Source: Candidatus Omnitrophota bacterium
GTDB taxonomy: Bacteria > Omnitrophota > Gorgyraeia > 1-14-0-20-64-10
Reading direction: 5' to 3'
Assembly (NCBI GenBank): GCA_023248155.1
Contig: JAHFFE010000004.1
Coordinates: forward strand, 4,248 to 68,247
Length of the DNA: 64,000 bases
Below the pieces are notes generated by a model. It was not told the DNA's origin. It saw only the letters and a program-made list of their open reading frames with translations, and searched no databases. The translations under genes and the position numbers were made by a program. This document shows positions 54,001-63,000 of the stretch, piece after piece; within the stretch, counting starts at the first letter, position 1; every line of letters begins with the position of its first letter.

Positions 54001-57000
54001 AAGATTTGGGACAGGCGGAACTTTACCGCACCGAACATCATTGGCTCCCGGCGGGATATACCCAGATTTTTGGCAAAACCACGCTCAAGATTGATTACGA
54101 AGATTACGAAATTGCCAAAGTCACGCACCGCGGCTTGGAACTCGTGGCGTTTATCAAATTGGATGCGCTTGGCAATCGCACGCAGATGGCCTATTACATG
54201 CGGCCCGACGATCAGGAAATCACGCTCTCCGGCGGACGCCGCTTCCGCATTGTGGGCGATGTGACCGGTATTCAAAAATCGGCAACGCTGGTGGAGATCA
54301 GCCGCGCGGGCACGCTCGGCAGTGTGAGCGGTTTTGAAATCCTGAACGGTGAAAAACTGACGCCGGGTTACGGCTATACGCATGCAAGTCAGCCGCTGGC
54401 CGTCGTGCTGGACGGCGTGACCTATGAAGTCTTTCCGCGCAATGCCGCGGGCCGTATTTTTGCCACCGACGGCCGCACGGTGTTGGCCAGCGATGCGGAC
54501 GGTATTTTGAATATCAACGGCCGCCGTTTCCGTCTCGAAGAAGAAGCCGTCACGTATGAGATTTTCAACGATACGCGTGTTTCGCATTTGAACTACTACC
54601 TGACGGAAGACTCCTCGCGCCGCTACCGGTTGAATTCCGTGAGCGATGCGGCGGGCCTGCCGCAGGCTGAACTTCAGCCGCTGACAAGCGACGGAAAATA
54701 TTTTGCCGCGGCGGACGAAGTCACGCTTTTTGACGGCCTGCGCTACCGCATGACGGTGAGCGCCAAAGGTGAGGTTTCCTTGACCGAAATCAATCCGCCG
54801 GCGCGGCGCGAAGCGCTGGTCAGCAAAGCTCCCGGTTTTCAATTGACGCGTCTGGCGCTGGAAGCGGGTGATGGTTCCGCCGGCCGCAATCAACTTGTGG
54901 CCAGCCGCCAGACGGGCGCCGTGACAACCGATACGCTGGGCCTGCGGCATACTCCGCTTGTGATTTTGGGCGAATCCTATGAAGTCGTGGAGCGCAGCGA
55001 CGGCACGTTTGAATTTTATCCGGCCCGCAAAGTCAATGTGGATGAAATTCTGGCAGCTTCCGGCATTCAAAATGCGGCGGAAGCCAATGCCTGGCGTGCG
55101 GCGGTGGAGAAGAGTTTCACGGCCCAAAGCGTTGCCAGCGATAAGATTTCGGGGACGGTTGTTCTGGACGGCATCCGCTACCGTATTTCCAAACATCCTG
55201 TGACCGGTGCGGTCGAACTTGCCGGCCGGGATACACGGGTCAAGCCGGACGCCGATCCCTTGGTGGCCGGCAGTATTGATTTGACGGTCTGGAAAAATAC
55301 GGACGGGAGTTATTCGGTTTACTGGCCGCTGGACAAGACCGTTTACCGCGGCGACGGCGTCACCAAGACGGTGGTGCTGGGCAACTCGGTCAAATACGAT
55401 ATCGCTGAAGACGCGGCGGGACGCATCACGCTCAAGGAATCCACCCGGGTGATTGCCGCGCCGCCTTTGGCCCAGGTCATCGAAGTCTATGGCCGCAATT
55501 ACGGTGTGGTCAAAAATACGGACGGCACGTACGCCTTCTATGACGGTTTGTATACGTATAAGTCGGATGCCCAGGGCAAGACCGTGAAACTGGGCGAATT
55601 TATTCTGGCCAGCTATGACGACTACCTCAAACGCAGCGCCGAAGGGACGCTGGATGAAGTCCGCGGCGTGCTCTATGACATTGAGGCCGACGGACCGAAC
55701 CATGTCCGCCTGGTTGATCATCGTGAGGCTGAAACCAAGATACAGCTTTTTGAATTGGGCGGGCGTTTCTATACCAGCGGCCGTGATACGGTTGGCCGTA
55801 TCACGCTCAGTGACTATGCCACGGGGGAAATCGTCCTGCGTATTCCGCAGGGCACGAGCGAACTTGTCTTTGACCGCGAGACCTATACGTTGAGCGTTGA
55901 CAGTGTGACCGGTTTTATCCGCCTGGTTTCGAGCCAAAGCCAGAATGCCTCGCGTGACGCGCAGGTTTTGCGCCTGGGCGAGCAAATCTATCTGGCTTCG
56001 GCCATGGGTGACGGCCGTTTCCAGTTTTATCTGGACGGGCAGCCGTTTATTTCCCAGGCGGCGGCCGGACGCGTGACGCTGGGCGACGGCCTTGAATATC
56101 ATGTGACCGCCGGCGCTGACGGCCGCATTCAGCTTGAGCAAAAATATATTGACGCCTTTTCCGAGGAACGCATGTCCATTCTGCTGGACGGCCAGATCTA
56201 TGACATCCTGCACACCGGCAGCCACCGCTGGCGCTTTACGGATGCCGCGGGATTGTCTTTCGACAGCGATGCCGTAACGATGAAAGTCACAATCGGCACG
56301 CTTATGTATGACTTGGTCGAACATGCGGACGGCAGCGTCACCGCGATTGCTCAAAACGATATTTCGACCTCGCTCATCCGCAAGGTGGTCAATATTGGCG
56401 GCCTGCTTTATGTGGTCACGCGCCAGACGGACGGCCGCTTTGCCTTTACGGCCGGCAATGTCACGGCTTATGCCGCGCTCTCCGGCCGGCTGGATCTCGA
56501 TAAGGTCTTTACGGTCACGTTCAACGAAACCACCGGCCAGGTGCGCGTCACGGAAACGGTCGTGCGCCGCAGTGCGCCGGTCGAACTCCTCGAAATCAAA
56601 CAGCCGTCGCTGACGCGCCGCATGACAGTTGCCGGAAAAACCTATGACCTGAAGTATGACCGCGTGGACATGCTTGAAACCAGTCTGACCGGCGCGGAAA
56701 TTCACAAACAGCGGCCGCTTTTCCAGTTTACGGATGCGGGTTCGGGGACGGTCTATGAAAACCGCACTTATAAATTCGGCGGGTCGGTCGGGGCCTGCTC
56801 CAACGAAGAGTGCGAGAGCCAGGATATTTTAAGCACGGACCGTAATCAATTTGCCATGGATCTGCCGGAGGCCACGTTGAAACTCGAGGATTGGCCGCGG
56901 GTCTTTGCCTTTACCATCATGATCGACGGCAAATCCTACCTGATGTCCGAGACCGAGGCGCACAAGCATACGTTCTTCAGCGAGGACAAGTATTACCACT

Positions 57001-60000
57001 CGTGGATCCAGCCGTGCGGCGAAAAGTGTATTCAGGAGTTTGTCGAACTGCCCGACGGCAAAGGCGGTTTTGTTAAATTCGAACTTTATTACAGCAACAA
57101 GTACTACGACGAACCGGCTTCACAGGCGGATTTTGTGGGTGACCGGCTGCTGGTGAGAATTGACGATGCGGCCGGGGCGGCCGACATCCGCGTCATTCCC
57201 AAGATGGAAATTCCGACCGAGCCGGTGGAAACGTCGCAGTATTATCTGGCGGAACGTTCGGCGCAGGACGGCCGTTTGACCCTGCGTGAGGAAGCGACCG
57301 GGCGTGCGTATGAGGTCAAACAGCGCATTTCGATCGACGGCCGCAATTACGAGGCGTCCGTGGATAGCGCAGCCGGCAAAGTTTCGCTGACCGAAGAACA
57401 CGCGGCCAGCACGCGGGTGCCGGGGCGGCTGGCCGTGCGCGTGGGCCGGGATGCCGCCGGTTACAGTTATGAACTCAAGACCGACGGCCGGTTTGAATTT
57501 TCCGACGGCATTCATACCTATTACAGCACGCGCGAAACCGGCCGGCCGCAGGTCATCTTGTCGGATGGAAACGTCTACACCATCGCTTACAACGCCGAAA
57601 CCCAGGAATTGGCGTTGACCGAGCGCTATGAAATTTCCACGCCGGCCGGAGCGGGCCGTTTGAATGTCGGCGGTACGGTGTTTACGTATACGATCCGCGC
57701 CGATGGCAGCGTGCGTTTGACGGCCGGTACGAAAACCTATGACAGCCAGGGTGAGATGGACCTTGTCTCGGCGCTCAAACAGCCCATTCAGTACAAACTG
57801 CGCGAAGGACAAACACTGCCGGCCGGAGAAACGTCCACGGTGCCGGGTTATAGCGGCTTACGCTGGGAAGACGCGGGTATGGGCGTGACCAAGCCCTATC
57901 TGGTGAAGTTTGATCCGGCGGCAGGAACGTATACCGTGCGTGAAAAACCGCTGCCGGTGGACCCGCAGGACTATGTGGCCATCCGCGGTTTTGCCAAGAC
58001 CTTGCAGGAAATCAAAGCTGCCTACGGCGCTTTCGGCGACACGAGTGATATTTATGATGCTGAAAATCTGAGTTCACTCAATTACGACCGGCTCTATGAC
58101 GCGGAGTATGAGCACAACAGCCTGAGCGGCTACAACAGCCAGTTCCTGTCTAACTTCAATGCCTATGAACTGACGCTGCGCACAGGCCTTGCGCCCTGGC
58201 AGGACAGCCCGGTGGCCCTGGTGGATTACCGGGACGGCGTGCCGGACAGCAGCCTTGTCGGCTCTCAGGCGAAACTCGCGGGCGCTTATGACATTCTCTT
58301 TGATACGCCCAACCATACGCCGGGCAGCAGTTATCTGCCGGTGCGCGAATTGCAGGTCTATCAGGATGAACTGCGCATCATGCACCCCTGGATTAACGGC
58401 GTGGAGCGTGTGTTTGAACCGGTCTACAACGACAATGCGGGCATTAGCCTGGAAACCGGTCCGTTTGCGGTTTTTGCCGGTGATACGTCAACCAACTACC
58501 GCAACCGCGGCGTGACGCTGAATGGCAAAGCCTATGACGTGGCCATGGATCCTGTGACCAAGGCGCCGGTCTTTACGGAACTTTCGTCCTACCGCGCGGC
58601 GAATGCGGATGAAGACGTTCTGCTGGTCTACCACCTCAAGGATGCGGAAGGCAACGAAACCGGCGTGGAGTACAATTTATTCGATGCCACATTTACCGCG
58701 CTGGATGTTTTCAAAGGGGTGATTCAGGCCCGCGCCAAACTTGGCGAGGCCTATGACTATAAGAACCCGGCCAATACCTGGGAGAAGTTGTCCCTGGCGG
58801 ACATCGAGGCCCAAGCGCAGACATTCCAGTACAATGCCCTGACGCGCAACTTTACCCTGCATGGCGTCAACTACCGCGTGTTTGAACAGCCGGTGAGCGG
58901 CGAAGTTTCAATTCTGCGCGCGGGCGGTACTCCGCCTGTGGTGCTGAACGCTCTGAATACGATCGAACACAATGACCGGCTGTATGAAATCCGCAGGAAT
59001 GAAGACGGCCGTATCATCCTGACCAGCGATACGGGGGAAGAGTTCCCGAGCGATCCGGACGGACAGACGCTCAGTATCGACGATTACCATTTCGATATCA
59101 GCCGTGATCCGCTGACGCAGGCCTGGAAACTGAAGGAGCAGAGGGTTGAAAGCTACTACGGCGATTTGGCCGTTGTGGATGAAACTTCAGACGGCGGCGG
59201 CCGCATCTCTGCCCATTTTCATTCCGTCGCCAATCCGGGCGTACCCCTTGGGTTTGAAGTGCCGGGTGCCGGAACCCAGGTTGAATTTTTGAATCAAGCC
59301 GTGATTGCCGGGCCGGACGGGCAGGAACATGGTTTATTTGTGTTCCGGATTGGCAGCAGTTTTGTGCTTTCTGACGGGCTTAACGGCGGTATTACACAAG
59401 TGCCGGATCAATACCGTCAGATTACGATCGACGGCCAGCGCTACCAGGTTCAGGTGTTTACGAACTCTTCGGGCCAGACCCTGGCGCGCATTGAAAAAGT
59501 GCTGCGTACCCTGGATTCCAAGCCAGGCGTGCGCGCGGACGGCAAACTGTATCAGGTGCAGGACACGCCCGGCAGTTATACCGTTCAGGTTGGCGGCAGT
59601 AAGCGCAAAATTACATGGGTGATGGCCGTCTGTGCCGGCGCCATGTGCCGTGATGTGGACCCCACGCCGTCTTACCTGCCGTTGGAATTAGAATCCAATC
59701 CGTCGCGCAATACCATTACGCTCAACGACGGCATTGAACGGACGCTGGTCATTGATCCCGATGAACCCACGAATGTGGATATCCTGCCGGATCAGATCAC
59801 GAGTTTTGATCTGCCGGATTTGAAACTGGGTAAACGTTTCTTCTACAGCACGGTCCATGCGAACGGGTCAGTCACGCTGACTGAAACCTATAGCGCCGAT
59901 CCGCAGACTTACATCTCCGATCCGCTGACGCGCGAAGTGACGATCAACGGAAGAGTGTGGAGCGTTCAGGTGGCGGGCGGCAAGGCCGTGCTTACGGCGC

Positions 60001-63000
60001 GGAACATCAAGGAAAGCAGCGCGCTGCCGGGAACTTATGCGGAAGTGGACGGCCGTATTTACCAGATTGAAGCGGATGCCCAAAACCGCTGGGTTTTCAG
60101 CGACGTGTATCTGTCCGGCGTGGCTTTCACGAGCACAGCCGACGGCAAGAGCGTGACGATTCATGAGCATGTTTACGATATCAGCGCTGCAGCGGGTAAG
60201 GTTTCTCTGAAGGAGCAGCCGCGCTCCTATCCGGTGAAGGAAGATCACGTCATTCTGAACAGCCGCATTTACAAGGTGCAGATCGTGCGCGATATCCTGG
60301 GGCTGGAACGCGCCTGGCTGTCGGACGGCACGAACCTGATGGTCTCCGGCGAATTTAAAGATGCGGATGCGGTCAGCGGCGAAAACAAACAGGCGCGCGC
60401 CGAAGTCGTCATTGACGGTAAAACCTTCCTGGTTTCGATTGAGCGCGATCCGTCTATTTACAGCACTTTGTCGGATGAATTCCTGATTGTGAAACAGATT
60501 AAGCCCGCGCCGGCGCAGGGCGGCGGCACGAGCGGTATGGAAGGCTATGAAAGCGGGGACGGCGATCAGGACATTTTTGAGGAGTTAGGGCTGAACGACA
60601 TGCCCGGCGGCGGAGGGTCCGAAATTCCCGATTGGCAGCAAGAACAACAATGGCAATTTGAAAATCCGGCGATTGCGCAAACGTCTACGCCGCAAATTAC
60701 GGAAGTCCTCAAAACGGATGGCAACGAACGCTGGGTACGCATCCGCGCCCGGGTTTGGAAGTCGGGGGCTGCTGCGGTCAGTCTGGACGCGCCCCGTATT
60801 CAATCGAGCGCCGCTGAACGTCTAAGCGTCAACGGACAGGATGTTTTTGCAATTCAGGAACCGGCTGAAACCAGCGGCCGGCCAGACGGACAGCCGGGCG
60901 CCCAGGGCTATGTGCTCAATCCCAATGCGGGCATGCTGCGGTTTGTGACGCCCACGAAAGTTTTTTGGACGGAAGGGGCCACTTCAAGTGTTTCGTTTGG
61001 AGATGGGATTGTCTACCGCGTGAGCGGCGAGCCGGGAAGCCATGTCACTCTGCGTGAGACCGGTACGGCTTCCATGGCTGTGCAAACCATGCAAATCGAC
61101 GGGCGTTTCTATACGGCTTGGCAGGACCCGGATGATCCCAGCCATGGTTTCCGCTTTAACGACGGGTTTGGCGAATACGCCAGCGTCCGCGATACATTCG
61201 GTTTCTATGAACGCAACGGCGTGCTGACGTCCGCGCCTTCGCGGATGGGCGCGGGCCGTTCCAATCCCGAAGGCATGGCCGCAGCCGACATTCTGCCGCA
61301 AGCGGGCGCGCGCGAATTGGGAGAAAAGTATACGGCCAATGAAATGAATTACCGCATCAACCTGACGGCCGACGGTTTCTACCAGGTGGGCTTGTCGGCC
61401 GCGCTCAGTGACGACATGACGGACGCCATCCGCCGTGCAGGCGCTCTGAAACTGGAACCGGAATATGTTTTTCATGTGTTTCTGGACGGCCACTTCTACG
61501 GCGACTTCTATCTGCAGCCCGGCGAAGATTTCCGCCAGGCGGCCGTGAAACTGCGCCTGACCCCGGGCGAGCATGATTTGAAGATCGTCTGGGATGTGCC
61601 GGAATTTTATCAGCAGAATCAGCTCACGGGCGGTGCGGACCTGCGGGTGCGCCGCGTGTTCGTCATGGCGGACCAGACTTACCAGGCGGATCTCAATGGG
61701 GACGGAGCGGTCAATGATGCGGACGAAGCCCTTTTGACGGCCCGGCTGACACCGGCCGGATTTCAGGCTGAGACTTCGCAGATCACCGGCGCGCCCGAAC
61801 GCGAAGAAGTTGAAGGCGCGGTCAGCCGGCTGGTGGCGGACAATGTGCTGGAAGCCAACGGCATCCGTTACGAAGTTAGCCGCCAAAATGGCAAGTTCAT
61901 GCTGGATAACGGCCGCAAAGTCTATGAGGTGGCGCCCGATGCCGCGCAGGTCAATTTGGATGGTTACGTCTACACCTTGGTGATTGAAAACGGGCGGCTG
62001 ACCGGCATGGTGGAAATCCTGCCGGATGTACGTCCGGTGGATTTGGATGTGATTGAAGCTGCCGGCCGCGTGCTTTCCGTTCAGCAGTCGGCGGACAATC
62101 CGCACGAATACCGCTTCAGCGACGGCACGAATCTATTCCTGAGTTCGGCGGCGAGCATGACGGTTTCACTGTATGGTTTGGTTTACGACATTGAAGAATT
62201 GGGCGGCGGCGGTGTTCATGTCAGCGAAGCGGCGGTTGAACTGGAACGCCCGAGCGATACGGAACTGAACCTCAATGGCACGCGCTATCTGGTGCAGCGC
62301 CTGGGTGATGGATCGTATGTGTTCTCCGAACCCGTGGAGTTTGAAGATTCTGCGATCCGTGACGGACTGGAACAAGTCGAGATTGGCGATGTGAATTATT
62401 TTGTGGTGCGGGATCAAACAAACCGCATCCAACTGCTTAAAGAAGTCCCGGAAACCAGCCGGCTTCTAGCCCAGACGGTGGTTTTCATTGGCGGGACGAG
62501 CTATGCCGTCACGCCGGATGCGGATCATGCCGGCGAATGGATTTTCCGCAGCCCTGCGGCGCAGTCGGCCACACAGAATCGTGAAATCACTCTGAGCGGC
62601 AAGAAATACCGCGTTGATCTGGATCCGGCAAGCAGCGTCTTGACGGTCGCGCCGGTCAGCTTCGGCAGTCTGGATGTGGATAAGAACGGTCTTGCTGACG
62701 CGCAGGATTTTGCGGCCATTCAGAGCCGCTTTAATGCGCAAATTGTGACAAAAGATCCGCAGCAAGCGCAGCAGCTCGGGGCGCAGGTTGATTTTTGGTG
62801 GACCCGCATTGCCGCGGCCGCAGGCACGGAGTACGGGGACTATGGCTTTACGTATACGTTTGATGCGCCGTCGGCCGGTGATTTTATGCTGGGTCTGAAG
62901 ACGGCCATGCTGCCGGTGTCCGGCGCGCCGGTTCAGTTTGATCATTTTGATTTCGACGTTTTTGTGGATGGGTCCGCCGTACGCGCTGGAATTCTGCGCG

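Larger units (their letters stand above)
49790..60480 (+). repeat. Beta-hairpin repeat block C, the largest (about 100 copies over ~10 kb). Interrupted by a dockerin-like insert (50480-51350), a Gly-rich patch (about 53280-53340) and a Cys-containing insert (56770-57040).
   Basis: VTLDGQLYQITASGLTRIDLRIA, LKLSGMLYEVIPAGTGAYVFKA, VDLGGVRYRVATDPETGVYQLTK, TLIDGVPYRLTHSAAGYQLEE, VEIDGVRYNVFKNNDGTLRLEE, IEINGAYYRVDYEAPDAALSGL, IQIAGRTYRIIYEPAPKNV, VVLDGVTYEVFPRNAAGRIFATD, VVLDGIRYRISKHPVTGAVELAG, ITIDGQRYQVQVFTNSSGQTLARI, VVIDGKTFLVSIERDPSIYSTL. Confidence 0.55.

Noticed and set aside
580-61227. + strand ORFs in frames 1 and 2 (e.g. 5629..6552, 307 aa; 29560..30030; 46216..46566)
   Set aside because: These are alternative frames of the same coding DNA. 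Their translations are Arg/Pro/Thr-rich with no recognisable motifs, whereas frame 3 is continuous and meaningful across them.
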